Positions 32,232-42,071 of a stretch of 64,000 nt of DNA are shown piece after piece; the first letter of the stretch is position 1, and every line of letters starts with the position of its first letter. The translations under genes and the position numbers were made by a program. The stretch lies in NCBI GenBank assembly GCA_963675665.1, contig OY776510.1, positions 4,384,001-4,448,000 of the forward strand, read 5' to 3'. The DNA is from Spirochaetia bacterium (GTDB lineage Bacteria; Spirochaetota; Spirochaetia; UBA9216). Under the pieces are notes generated by a model. The model worked only from the letters and a program-made list of their open reading frames with translations, had not been told where the DNA came from and did no database searches.

Positions 32232-33506
32232 CATAGCTGTCCAAAACAATCATAACAGCTCCATTTGAAGTTTTAAGCCTGGCTCATTTCTGCCGGGCGG
32301 CGGTAGTTTATTCAGAATATTCCAGAGATCTTTTCTGGTCGTCAGGATTGATGGAAGCAATTTCATAAGCGAATAATGAGTCCATCCACCGGAAGATAAC
32401 ATCTTCAGATATTGCAGCATCAGATGAGTTATCAATGCTATCCAGATCTGAGTCATTACTGCATTTTTCGTCGTTCCAAAAAACTTCTTTATTTTCAGGT
32501 TCTGTTTGATTGTTTTGAAGAATATTTCTATCTGCCATCTGTCCTTATAGACAGCAGCAACTGTTGTAGGTGCCCAATCAAGCTGATTTGTAAGAATTAC
32601 AATATATTTTCCTGTTTCCGGATCTTTTATTCTAATTCGCCGTAATTGGAGTGGACACTTCTTGCTGGTGTAGTATCCTCGCATTTCAATTATTTGATCT
32701 GATGAAATATTTTCATATTTTGAAACATTATTTCTTTGAAAAACTTTATAATCTGCATTCTTTTTCATACGAGTAATAAAATAAATGCCTGCAATACAAT
32801 AACTTGCAAATAATTTGAAATCTGTATAGGCCCGATCGAATGCAACTACATCACCTTTATTGAATTTCATTTTCTTGAGTGAATTAAGCTCATGGGTTTG
32901 AGCTGTTGTAACAGATACAAAGTCCGGAATATATCCGCTGTGATCAAGTTTTACATTAAGTTTGATTCCGCCTTTATTCTTTCTAAACTTCGCCCATGGA
33001 AATACTGACAGGCATAAATCGATGGTTGTCGCATCAACACTGTACAGCGGATTTTTAAATCTATGCTTATGAGACCTTTTCATTTTAAGGATCTTTGTCA
33101 GCAGGTTATTGAATACATTTTCATAAATTTCTGAGGGTCTGTTGTTATTTGCATAGGAAAGTGTTGAGCGTTTAATCTTTTTTACCCCCAAATGATAAAG
33201 CATGTTTTTAATCGAATCCAATGCTGTTTCTATGCCTCTAAGTCCGGTCTGTCCTGTAAATTGGGCAAACAGCATTGAAACAAATTGTTCCCAACAGGAG
33301 AATCCTTTTGAAGCAAAATCTCCTTTATACTTTCTGACAGATCTTTCAAATTCATGTCTCGGAATGATTTGAAGTATCTGATTTAAAATGCTATTCTTAT
33401 AACTCATTGCCTGTTTTCCTTCCGTTGTAATGATTTAAGCTTGCCCGCTCAATTCATTATAACCAGGGATTCAGGCTATTAATAGTCCTTATTTTGGACA
33501 GCTATG
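32232..33506 (-). mobile_element. IS4-family element copy 1 (1275 bp)
   Basis: 15-bp terminal IR CATAGCTGTCCAAAA; 9-bp target duplication ATTAATTAT. Confidence 0.93.
32250..33407 (-). CDS. IS4-family transposase
   Basis: VDATTI, FDRAY, YKDRWQIEIFFK (YREK motif). Confidence 0.93.
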   Translation of the reverse strand: MSYKNSILNQILQIIPRHEFERSVRKYKGDFASKGFSCWEQFVSMLFAQFTGQTGLRGIETALDSIKNMLYHLGVKKIKRSTLSYANNNRPSEIYENVFNNLLTKILKMKRSHKHRFKNPLYSVDATTIDLCLSVFPWAKFRKNKGGIKLNVKLDHSGYIPDFVSVTTAQTHELNSLKKMKFNKGDVVAFDRAYTDFKLFASYCIAGIYFITRMKKNADYKVFQRNNVSKYENISSDQIIEMRGYYTSKKCPLQLRRIRIKDPETGKYIVILTNQLDWAPTTVAAVYKDRWQIEIFFKTIKQNLKIKKFFGTTKNAVMTQIWIALITHLMLQYLKMLSSGGWTHYSLMKLLPSILTTRKDLWNILNKLPPPGRNEPGLKLQMELL

Positions 33507-33884
33507 ATTAATTATTAATAATAGAACCCCGGCGATAATTGCATATACAAGATAAAAATAACCAGGCAAACCAGGATAAAATTTCTCAATGATAAAACTT
33601 GATCCAATCACTATAAGAAAACTTATTGGTAAAAATTTATTATTCATAATTTACTCCTCTATATTAAATGTACAATCTCTTTTACATATTGTCAAATAGT
33701 TTTTACATTTGATTCTACACTAATTTTTAAAATGGTCTTTATCATTTTAAAACCCGATTTTTATTATTGATCTATATACGAAGAAATTGTTTCAAATACT
33801 GGTTTCTTAAATTTAACTCATAGAAAAACCCTACAAGAATTATCTTTTTCCAAAGATATTAAAATCTTAGTAACATTAAGTTAC

Positions 33885-34026
33885 TTATAACGAAAATTTT
33901 AGCTGCCTGGCGGCGCGAGTCTTTCGAGCGCATTGGCGTGATTCTGGAGTGTAGCGCGATCAGCGCGAAACGTCTTCAGCCAGAATCATGACAATAGCCA
34001 GGACTGCTCCAAAACTTTTGTTATGT
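33885..34026 (-). repeat. attC site 1
   Basis: TAACGAAAATTTTAGCTGCCTGG...CCAGGACTGCTCCAAAACTTTTGTTA (+ strand). Confidence 0.85.
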
Positions 34027-34040
34027 ACTAATCTTTCTTC

Positions 34041-34463
34041 TTAAATTTCTTCATCAATATTCATCTCAAGAAATTCTGTAGCAGTTATTGCGGGTAATTT
34101 ACTTCCTTTATAATCATCTTTGTTTCTCGTTATTATAAAATCAATTTCATTATTTTCAGAAGCAATATACTGTATTGAGTCTTCAAAATCTGGAGCATCT
34201 GAATACAAAGCTTCATCAATGATTTCTTCATTTAAAGTTAATATTGAAAGCATTTTTCTTATTTTCCTTAAATTTAATATTGATTTATTCTTTCCTGCAT
34301 ATTTCGTCATAATATAGTGTACATTCGCTATTACAATTGGAGTGGTAAATCCTTTAAATTTTCTTTTTTCAAGTAGAGTGAATAACAGTGCAGAACTCTC
34401 ATATTCATTTCTCTTAATTAATAAATCTAGAATAATATCCGAATCGATAAATAATTTAATCAT
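34041..34463 (-). CDS. PIN-domain toxin (VapC-like)
   Basis: FIDSDIILD, DFEDSIQY, IITRNKDD. Confidence 0.85.
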   Translation of the reverse strand: MIKLFIDSDIILDLLIKRNEYESSALLFTLLEKRKFKGFTTPIVIANVHYIMTKYAGKNKSILNLRKIRKMLSILTLNEEIIDEALYSDAPDFEDSIQYIASENNEIDFIITRNKDDYKGSKLPAITATEFLEMNIDEEI

Positions 34464-34710
34464 GTAGATACCGACTTTCGAGATATTCCATTTTTTCTTT
34501 CTTATAGTCGAAATCTTCTGGAACGTCTATTGTACCCATTAATTCCATCACCAAAGGAGATACTTCTTTTTCTTTATTCTTTCTACTTGATGTTAATAAT
34601 CTAAAATAATTCTCAACCAATTGTGATAGTGATTCATTCTTATCTTCAGCATACGCTTTTGCTTTCTCAATTATCGTATCATCAACTGAAAGTGTTAATT
34701 TCTTATTCAT
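34456..34710 (-). CDS. Antitoxin (DUF6364/RHH-like)
   Basis: KKLTLSVD..IIEKAK.YA...SLSQLVENYF; overlaps the PIN gene start. Confidence 0.78.
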   Translation of the reverse strand: MNKKLTLSVDDTIIEKAKAYAEDKNESLSQLVENYFRLLTSSRKNKEKEVSPLVMELMGTIDVPEDFDYKKEKMEYLESRYLHD

Positions 34711-34874
34711 TTCAGCCTCCTACGTAAGAATATACCATATTTTATACGTAAAGACAACTAAATCTATTTATAGCTATTTCAATAAAGCCCTTTTAAGCTT
34801 ATTTCTTAATATAATAAGGATTTATTCACTAAATCTATATTTCAAACAAAGCTATTTAAATCCATTTTTTGTGT

Positions 34875-35013
34875 ACATAACGACGTTTTGAGTAGCAAAA
34901 TTGTTCCGCGTCTCCGCGGAATTGGCGCGATTCTGGAGTGAGGCCCATTGGCCGAACGTCTTTAGCCAGAATCGTGACAATAAATTTTGACTACTCCAAA
35001 TCTCTTGTTATGA
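34875..35013 (-). repeat. attC site 2
   Basis: TAACGACGTTTTGAGTAGCAAAA...TTTTGACTACTCCAAATCTCTTGTTA. Confidence 0.87.
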
Positions 35014-35040
35014 ATATTCCTTTTTCTTAATAAATTTCTT

Positions 35041-35277
35041 CGATTCTTCGATTCTTCGATTCTTCGATTCTTCGATTCTTCGATTCTTCGATTCTTCGAT
35101 TCTTCGATTCTTCGATTCTTCAATTCTTCAATTCTTCGATTCTTCGATTCTTCGATTCTTCGATTCTTCGATTCTTCGATTCTTCGATTCTTCGATTCTT
35201 CAATTCTTCAATTCTTCAATTCTTCAATTCTTCAATTCTTCAATTCTTCAATTCTTCAATTCTTCAATTCTTCAATT
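35041..35277. repeat. 8-bp tandem repeat, 29 units plus a partial unit
   Basis: (CGATTCTT)10(CAATTCTT)2(CGATTCTT)8(CAATTCTT)9 CAATT. Confidence 0.95.
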
Positions 35278-35311
35278 AAAAGAATACGTATTTTATAAAA
35301 GCTTGTGTCTA

Positions 35312-35635
35312 CTACCGTAGTTGTCTTTTCATCAAAATTTCTTCAATATTTCTTCTTCCATCTATTATCGCCAATATCAAAATTCTATTTTCTTCAATTC
35401 GATACATCATTCGCCAGGGATTTACAATCATTTCTCTAAATTTCGTTATATTTTCATTTTGTAATTCTGGAATAATTCTTCCTTGTTTGGGAAAGGCTGC
35501 AATTTCTTTAGCTGTTTCTTTTATTCTTTCATATTGCTTTATTGCTATATCTACAGAATCTGCTGCTATATAGGTGATTATTTCATCTAAATCATTTAAG
35601 GCGGGTTTTGTCCAAATTACTTTATTATTACCCAT
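35312..35635 (-). CDS. RelE/ParE-family toxin
   Basis: VIWTKPALNDLDEI..YI, FPKQGRIIPE, RMMYRI, IIDGRR. Confidence 0.85.
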   Translation of the reverse strand: MGNNKVIWTKPALNDLDEIITYIAADSVDIAIKQYERIKETAKEIAAFPKQGRIIPELQNENITKFREMIVNPWRMMYRIEENRILILAIIDGRRNIEEILMKRQLR

Positions 35636-35636
35636 T

Positions 35637-35924
35637 TTATTCTTTTTCTTTTAATTTCTTTAATTTTTCTTCCATGTAGTCAAATACTTCTTCTTGACTA
35701 TATACTTGTCCTTCTTCTGCAGCCTTTTCACCTTCTGCAAGAACTTTCAAGATACCCAAACTATTACGCATATCCTGATATGATTCTGTATCTAACAATA
35801 CTGCTTTTGCTTCTCCATTTTGTGTGATTACTATTGGATTGTGTGTTTCATTCACTCGTTTTAGCATATCTGCAGCGTTTGTTTTTATATATGAGATTGG
35901 CTTGATATCTTCTCTTAAATTCAT
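35637..35924 (-). CDS. Phd/YefM-family antitoxin
   Basis: DIKPISYIK.NAA, PIVITQNGEAKAVL. Confidence 0.87.
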   Translation of the reverse strand: MNLREDIKPISYIKTNAADMLKRVNETHNPIVITQNGEAKAVLLDTESYQDMRNSLGILKVLAEGEKAAEEGQVYSQEEVFDYMEEKLKKLKEKE

Positions 35925-35986
35925 TGATTGGCCCCCAAGTGCATATATTGTACCACATTTAGACTAATCCATCAATCCGGAATTAT

Positions 35987-36120
35987 TCATAACGACGAAA
36001 TCAGTAGCAAAATCGGCCGAGTCTTCGAGGCTTGGCGCGGTTCTGGAACGTAGCGCGATCAGCGCGAAGTGTCTCCGCCAGAACCGTAACAAAGATTTTG
36101 ACTACTGCATTTCATTTGTT
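35987..36120 (-). repeat. attC site 3 (IS481 inserted at its R'' end)
   Basis: TAACGACGAAATCAGTAGC...GACTACTGCATTTCATTTGT; the original continuation TTTGTTATATT is found at 37330. Confidence 0.85.
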
Positions 36121-37329
36121 GTTTAGTGAGAGTATTTCCCTGACACTCACCCCGAAAAATATATAATTTCATTATGCGGCAGTGCCGCCATTGTCCTCGT
36201 CTTTTTCTACTTCCTCAAGGAATACCTGAAAGGGTATTCTACCCTTCATATTGCGTCCTTGATGTGCTCGTTCATTATTGTAGTACTCCAGAAACTTATC
36301 CAGATCTTCCTGCATCTCAGATAATGATTCGTAATATTTTTCACGACCTTTAATTCTAAAATGCTCATCAAGTAAAGTTCTGTGAAGCCGCTCAACAAAT
36401 CCATTACTTTGCGGTCTGCAGACCTTTGTTGTCCTATGCTCTATATCTTCAAGCTGAAGGAATAATTCGAAAGGATGATGGTCCGGTCTTCCGCAGTACT
36501 CACGTCCATTGTCGGTAAGCACATTCTTAACCTTCACATTATGTTCCTCGAAAAAAGGCAGAACATCATTATTTATTACCTGAACTGCAGTCACCGGCAG
36601 CTTATTTGTATACAGCCTTCCCCAGGCATGACGACTATGACAATCAATCACTGTTTGTAAATATATTTTCCCTATTCCTTTCAGATGTCCGACCATAAAG
36701 GTATCTATCGAAACGAGATAACCAGTATGCTTTGTTTCGATGTGTCTCTCTCTGAACTCAGGATTAAATCTTTCAAGTAGTTTTATCTGGTCATCATTAA
36801 GCTTGAATTTTTTGTTCTTCAATTTTTCTTCCAAGCGTAAAAGTCGCTGGTGGCGGGTTTCCATTTTATGTCTAACCCATACTCCACGGACCCCGCCGGA
36901 GCTTACATTCACACCCTTCAAAGCAAGCTGCTGAGAAACTCTCAGACAACCATGAGTTGGGAACTCCAAACTATAATCCAGAATCTCTTTTTCAATTTCA
37001 GGTGCTACTCGATTTGGATGTGGATTCCGTGGTCCTGGTAAGCTGTCGATTAATCCCTGAGATCCGTAGGTTTGATAATTACGTCTTATCTCATAAAATT
37101 GCTGCCGGGAATAACCCATAATTCGACATGCCTTACTTACATTTCCTAAATCTTCTGCAAGCTCTAACATACTCATCTTTCGTCTCGCAGCTTTCTGTGC
37201 TACAGTCTTGTTGGTGGCCATTTGCTCCTCCTGATAAATGTTTTTGTGGTGAAATCATTATATCTTTCGGAGGTGTTTTGGCCACCTATTTTTTAGCCAA
37301 CTGTCAGGTTAATACGATCACTGTTCACA
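36120..37329 (-). mobile_element. IS481-family element
   Basis: TGT...ACA ends, imperfect IR, 5-bp duplication TTTGT (36115-36119 / 37330-37334). Confidence 0.82.
36172..37221 (-). CDS. IS481-family transposase
   Basis: LGNVSKACRIMGYSRQQFY, DTF.VG, LTDNGREY, PQSNGFVER, YNNERAHQG. Confidence 0.9.
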   Translation of the reverse strand: MATNKTVAQKAARRKMSMLELAEDLGNVSKACRIMGYSRQQFYEIRRNYQTYGSQGLIDSLPGPRNPHPNRVAPEIEKEILDYSLEFPTHGCLRVSQQLALKGVNVSSGGVRGVWVRHKMETRHQRLLRLEEKLKNKKFKLNDDQIKLLERFNPEFRERHIETKHTGYLVSIDTFMVGHLKGIGKIYLQTVIDCHSRHAWGRLYTNKLPVTAVQVINNDVLPFFEEHNVKVKNVLTDNGREYCGRPDHHPFELFLQLEDIEHRTTKVCRPQSNGFVERLHRTLLDEHFRIKGREKYYESLSEMQEDLDKFLEYYNNERAHQGRNMKGRIPFQVFLEEVEKDEDNGGTAA

Positions 37330-37348
37330 TTTGTTATATTTTTGTCTT

Positions 37349-38671
37349 TCATAATAAGTTTTCAATATCATCAAGTGATAATTTCTCATATTCAATATCA
37401 TATCCTGGATATTTCATTATTAAATTCTTTGCTTTTTCCTTTAATTTTTCCATTTTTATCTTATCTTTATTTATCTTTACTTCTGTAATTATCAACTTCT
37501 TTTCAATTTCATCTATTGCAACTATATCTATTTCATTCTTATTTCCTTTTTCCCAATATGTACCTATCAATCCGAGATTAGGATTTTCTTTTTTTATCTC
37601 GATAAACAATTTTTCTAAAATTGGTCCAGAATATGTACTTAAATCTTTTTCTATAATTTTCTTTATTAATTCATATCGTTCATCCTCTATTAGCCTTATA
37701 TTTTTATAAATATATCTAAACCAGAATTTTATAAAATTATCCTTTACTCCATACTTTTGACTTTTTCCATTTTTCTTACTTCCAACTGGTTTTATTTTTT
37801 CAATTACATCATATTCTACTTCTAACTTTTCTAAATACCCGCCTATACTTTTTTCTAATATGGATTCTATTTCACTTCGAGAAGTACGCCCAACTGAAAT
37901 CATCTCCAATATTGAAAAATATATTCCATAATCCTTTCCAAATTCTTGAATTAATAAATTCTTTCCTTCTCCTATAAAAAAAGAGTCCTTTTCCAATATC
38001 AAATCAAGTATTTTATCAAAGCTATAACATTTTTCTTTTACCAATATTTCTTGGTATCTTGGCACTCCACCTGTTATTAAATAATTATAAAAAAGATTTT
38101 CTTTGCTGTAAGCATTATTATCAATTAATATTTCTTTTATAACATTCACTTCAAACGGTTTTATATATAAAATTCTATCTGCCCTTCCATATAAAGGTTC
38201 TTTCGAATTTTGAAAGATTCGTATCATCATTGAGTATATCGAACCTATAAATATTACATGGACTTTTGTATCAAATTTATATTTATCCCATAAATTTTGT
38301 ATTTCTGAATAAATACTCGAATTTATATTATTAAACTCCTGAAACTCATCTATTATTAATACATAAGGATTGTCTTTTCCAAATTTCAATAATTGCTCGA
38401 ATAACTTTGTGAAACTCTTTACTTCTCCAATTATTTCCTGATCAGTAAATTTTTCATATTCTTCTTTCAATTCTTCACACAATAACGGTTCAGCTTTTTT
38501 ACTTGTAAAGAAATATAGGTGCTTTTTATCTTTGGCAAATTCTTTTGATAACAGTGTTTTCCCTACACGACGTCTACCTGTTAAAACAGTTATTGCTCCG
38601 TATGATTCTTCACATTTCGAGTATATATCGTTTAATATTGTTAATTCTTTATCACGGTCATAAAACCGCAT
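37349..38671 (-). CDS. ATPase (archaeal-ATPase type) with DUF234 / PD-(D/E)XK C-terminus
   Basis: FYDR..EL, GRRRVGKT, IIDEFQ, PLYGR, TGGVPRY, DNFIKFWFR, EIDIVA...EVK. Confidence 0.85.
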   Translation of the reverse strand: MRFYDRDKELTILNDIYSKCEESYGAITVLTGRRRVGKTLLSKEFAKDKKHLYFFTSKKAEPLLCEELKEEYEKFTDQEIIGEVKSFTKLFEQLLKFGKDNPYVLIIDEFQEFNNINSSIYSEIQNLWDKYKFDTKVHVIFIGSIYSMMIRIFQNSKEPLYGRADRILYIKPFEVNVIKEILIDNNAYSKENLFYNYLITGGVPRYQEILVKEKCYSFDKILDLILEKDSFFIGEGKNLLIQEFGKDYGIYFSILEMISVGRTSRSEIESILEKSIGGYLEKLEVEYDVIEKIKPVGSKKNGKSQKYGVKDNFIKFWFRYIYKNIRLIEDERYELIKKIIEKDLSTYSGPILEKLFIEIKKENPNLGLIGTYWEKGNKNEIDIVAIDEIEKKLIITEVKINKDKIKMEKLKEKAKNLIMKYPGYDIEYEKLSLDDIENLL

Positions 38672-38681
38672 AGCAACCTCC

Positions 38682-38732
38682 GTTACTGTAACAGTTATTG
38701 CTATTATAATATCCTTATCACGGAGTTGTCAA
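38682..38732 (-). promoter_or_regulatory. Consensus sigma70 promoter and palindromic operator of the ATPase cassette
   Basis: TTGACA-N18-TATAAT (38732-38703); palindrome GTTACTGTAAC (38682-38692) just before the GGAGG RBS. Confidence 0.7.
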
Positions 38733-38735
38733 TAA

Positions 38736-38876
38736 ATATAACGACGTTTTGAGCTGCCTGGCGGCGCGAGTCTTTCGAGCGCATTGGCGTGATTCTGGAG
38801 TGTAGCGCGATCAGCGCGGAACGTCTCCGCCAGAATCATGACAATAGCCAGGACTGCTCCAAAACTTTTGTTATGC
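38736..38876 (-). repeat. attC site 4
   Basis: Same family as the other attC sites, GCTGCCTGG arm variant. Confidence 0.87.
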
Positions 38877-38963
38877 GAATTTCCAATATATCTAATATTT
38901 TGTTCATTAAGATTTTTCGTTTTGATAAATCCTTATCTTTCTTAATAATAAATTGCGAAAGGG

Positions 38964-39359
38964 TTATTCGTTTGATAATTCTGCCAATACTTTATTATAA
39001 ATATCCTCAGCAAATTTTTTATAATTGGATGCTGTCTTTATACTTGGTTTTCCAGTTGGTATTAAGCCCAAATCTGATGGATATCTTGTTTCTGTATATA
39101 CTTCACTAATTTCCATTAGTAAATTTTTATCAAGGTCAATTTTTATATACTTTTCAATCAATTCTTTCAATTTTATAATATTATGGATTCTTGGGACTTT
39201 TGATTCATATTGTTCTAAAACGGCTTTAAAACTTTTTTCAACTGCTTGTTCAGCATGAAAAGCTATCATATTGGTTAGACTTTCGTCTTCTCTAATTTTC
39301 TCTATTAATCTTATATCATCAGAAGCCGCATCTAACCAATTTTCAACTTGCTTTTTCAT
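38964..39359 (-). CDS. HEPN-domain protein (toxin of an MNT-HEPN pair)
   Basis: WL..A..D, FHAEQAVEK..KA, PRIHN, TRYP; start taken at MKKQ, overlapping the MNT stop. Confidence 0.82.
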   Translation of the reverse strand: MKKQVENWLDAASDDIRLIEKIREDESLTNMIAFHAEQAVEKSFKAVLEQYESKVPRIHNIIKLKELIEKYIKIDLDKNLLMEISEVYTETRYPSDLGLIPTGKPSIKTASNYKKFAEDIYNKVLAELSNE

Positions 39360-39678
39360 AAAGAATTTTTCCTGTCTCAGAAATTTCATTATAAAAGGAT
39401 GTCTGATTATTCTTGATAAGATCATATTCGGCTTCTGTATAAACCACCAAATCTATTGCTTTTTTTCTGGATAACTCATATATACAGTTTCTGACCATCA
39501 ATTTATTAGCCATTCTCTTTTCATAAGTATCCGGTATTTCATTAGAATCAAGAATTACTATCAAATCTATATCGCTATCATCAGTATATGTTTCACTCGC
39601 ATAAGATCCAAAAAGGATTATATACTTGGTATCGAGTTTTTTTATATTATTCACAATATCTGATATTATGGCTTCCAT
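39343..39678 (-). CDS. Minimal nucleotidyltransferase (MNT) antitoxin
   Basis: IILFGSYA....DSDIDLIV, IDLVVYT, GKILYE. Confidence 0.85.
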   Translation of the reverse strand: MEAIISDIVNNIKKLDTKYIILFGSYASETYTDDSDIDLIVILDSNEIPDTYEKRMANKLMVRNCIYELSRKKAIDLVVYTEAEYDLIKNNQTSFYNEISETGKILYEKAS

Positions 39679-39824
39679 ATTTCATTTATACTATAAATTC
39701 TTGTTTCTTTCCATATTTTTATAAAATCATAGTAAAAATTGACTCAAGTTCTCTTATTTCATGCCAATTCGCTATTTTTCTTTACATTTTTGGATTAGAA
39801 CACACTTTTTCAGTAAAATTCCTT

Positions 39825-40631
39825 TTAATCCTTTATAAAATTCCTTTTCCTGTTATAGAATATCTCAATATATTCGAACACGCCAGCTTTTAATTCTTCC
39901 ACAGATTTGTAATTATTCGGATAGATCATCTCTACCTTCAATCTGCTGAAGAAGGATTCCATTGATGCGTTATCCCAGCAATCACCTTTACGACTCATGC
40001 TGATTTGACATCCGAAAGATCGGACATAATCTATATAATCCTGTGCTCTATACTGCACTCCTCTATCTGAATGCAGTATTGGTGCTTTATCAAAATGGCG
40101 TCTTCCCATCGCTACTGATAATGCTTCTTTTATCAAATCCTCAGTCATATATTCTCTTAATGCCCAGCCTACTATCTTTCTTGAATATAAGTCCATGACA
40201 ACTGCCAGGTACATCCATTTTTCTTTCACCCAAATATAAGTGATATCAGAAGTCCATTTCTCATTGGGCTTTGATGCTTTGAAATTTCTAAACAAAATGT
40301 TCTCAAATACATTATTCATTGATAGACTTCTTCGTGGATACTTGAAACCCTTTCCATTTAATGCTTTTATTTCATTTTCCTTCATGATTTTAGCTATATA
40401 ATTCTCACTGCATTTATAACCTAACCCATTCAGTTCCTCGGCTATACGTCTTGAGCCATAAACAGCTTTGAAGTCTTCGTAGGTATCTAAAACAAGTTTT
40501 GTATATTTATCTTCTTTTTCTTTTCTTTTTGAGGTTTCACAGTTAATCCATTTATAAAATCCTGAACGAGCAACTCTGAGAACACGGCACATTAACGTTA
40601 TTGGATATTGACCTATATGATGATCTATCAC
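39825..40631 (-). pseudogene. IS3 transposase OrfB, C-terminally truncated
   Basis: YGSRRI, WTSDITY, DLYSRKIVGW, HSDRGVQY, CWDNASMESFF; lacks the usual HS.LGY.SP tail. Confidence 0.75.
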
Positions 40632-40639
40632 AGCGTACT

Positions 40640-40948
40640 TTACTCCTGGTCGTTCGCAAAGTACGCAGCAGCTTTTTTTAAGAAAGAGATCTCATCCTTT
40701 AGGCGTTTATTTTCTCTTTTGAGTTCCCTCAATTCTTCACTTTCTTTTTTTGAATAATCTACTCCATCAACAGTTTTGAATTGCCGGCCTGTTAATTTAT
40801 TGTACTGTCTTTTCCAATTGTAGATCTGCTGAACGGTGATACCTAATTCTTCGGATACCTGCTTTGCAGTAACCCCTTCTTTTTCAGACCGTCTGACGGC
40901 CTCTTTTCGGAACTCTTCTGTGTACGCTTGTACTTTTCTCTTTCCCAT
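40640..40948 (-). CDS. IS3 transposase OrfA
   Basis: YTEEFRKEAV, HTH, leucine zipper, LKKAAAYFA. Confidence 0.87.
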   Translation of the reverse strand: MGKRKVQAYTEEFRKEAVRRSEKEGVTAKQVSEELGITVQQIYNWKRQYNKLTGRQFKTVDGVDYSKKESEELRELKRENKRLKDEISFLKKAAAYFANDQE

Positions 40949-41012
40949 ATGACACCCCTTAATAGTTTAAATCTAACTACAGCAGGTGTCCACTAATCGT
41001 GGGGCAGTCGGT

Positions 41013-41151
41013 ATTTAACGACGTTTTGAGTAGCAAAATTGTTCGGCGTCTTCGCCGAATTGGCGCGATTCTGGAGTGAGGGCCATTGCCCGAACGTCTT
41101 TAGCCAGAATCGTGACAATAAATTTTGACTACTCCAAATCTCTTGTTATAA
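41013..41151 (-). repeat. attC site 5
   Basis: Same family as the other attC sites. Confidence 0.87.
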
Positions 41152-41292
41152 GGATACGCCTCTTTTGCTTTTGCTACATCATTTTTATAAACTTCTTAAA
41201 ACTGTCTTTTATTAATAATCCCCTAAAATGCGCTTCCACTGGTGCTTTTCTTCTATTCCCCCAGGTCTCGCTACCATTGGGATTTATAAATC

Positions 41293-41565
41293 TTAATTAT
41301 ACGCATCCTTTCTATCTTCAATATCAACGATATATACATAGATTTTATCATCATCTATTTCATAAAACAGTCGGGATTTTCCAATTCTGTATCTATACAT
41401 TCCGGCGAGTTCACCCTTTAATTTCTTTATATTGTTTCCAAAGTATGGGTTCTTACGTAGAATAGGATATACATAATCGGTGATTTTCTTATATAAATTC
41501 TTATATTTTGTTTTAATGATTTTTTTCTGAAAATTTTCACTTTCAGCAATCTTAAATTTATCCAA
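41293..41565 (-). CDS. RelE-family toxin
   Basis: NPYFGNNIKKLKG, YRYRIG..RLFYEI, R.DAY. Confidence 0.85.
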   Translation of the reverse strand: MDKFKIAESENFQKKIIKTKYKNLYKKITDYVYPILRKNPYFGNNIKKLKGELAGMYRYRIGKSRLFYEIDDDKIYVYIVDIEDRKDAYN

Positions 41566-41800
41566 CGATCCGATACTTCCCTTCTTTTATTTCTTTTCTA
41601 CCCTGTTTCAAGCTCTTAAGAAGGTTTTCATCATTCATGATTTCATCCATTTCATTATCACTTACGAAACTTTCTTCTGTAAGAAATGCAATTGTTGCAT
41701 ATTCAATGAAATTCGATATAGATCGTCTATCACCATCAGCTGCTATTTTTATAAGATTGTATATGTCATCATCCACACGCATTGTAATCGTTTTAGCCAT
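41558..41800 (-). CDS. RHH/CopG-like antitoxin
   Basis: KTITMRVDD....IK.AA....RSISNFIE; overlaps the toxin start. Confidence 0.78.
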   Translation of the reverse strand: MAKTITMRVDDDIYNLIKIAADGDRRSISNFIEYATIAFLTEESFVSDNEMDEIMNDENLLKSLKQGRKEIKEGKYRIVG

Positions 41801-41918
41801 AATTGACTCCTTTATTCAAATTTATTCTTAAATATTCGTTTTGTCAATAAAAACTGTTGATTCTTTATATTCTTAAATTCGCCGGAGGCGGATGTACTCT
41901 ATAACACATCGTTTATAC

Positions 41919-42058
41919 ACATAACGACGAAATCAGTAGCGAAACCGTGCCGAGTCTTCGAGGCTTGGCGCAGTTCTGGAACGTAGCGCGATCAGCGCGG
42001 AGTGTCTTTAGCCAGAACTGTGACAAAGGTTTTGACTACTGCATTTCTTTTGTTAAAT
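41919..42058 (-). repeat. attC site 6
   Basis: Same family as the other attC sites. Confidence 0.87.
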
Positions 42059-42071
42059 GTTGATTTTCTCT

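Larger units (their letters stand above)
31977..33647 (-). pseudogene. DUF2178-like membrane protein split by IS4
   Basis: 5' part MNNKFLPISFLIVIG... starts at 33647 (RBS GAGGAG); 3' part ..TDER...KAA lies at 32231-31977; the IS sits between with a 9-bp duplication. Confidence 0.72.
39825..41010 (-). mobile_element. IS3-family element, 3'-truncated
   Basis: orfA + orfB; A7G slippery run at the end of orfA; IRL-like GACTGCCCC...GTGGACACC; orfB stops after FYNRKR and no right IR is seen. Confidence 0.8.

Noticed and set aside
32233-32249. ORF 31977-32249 as an intact gene, and 52075-53091 as a complete ATPase
   Set aside because: Both are IS4-junction artefacts of interrupted genes
41899-41925. 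Extra CTATAAC about 20 bp before attC 6 as a mini-cassette scar
   Set aside because: Too short to distinguish from chance
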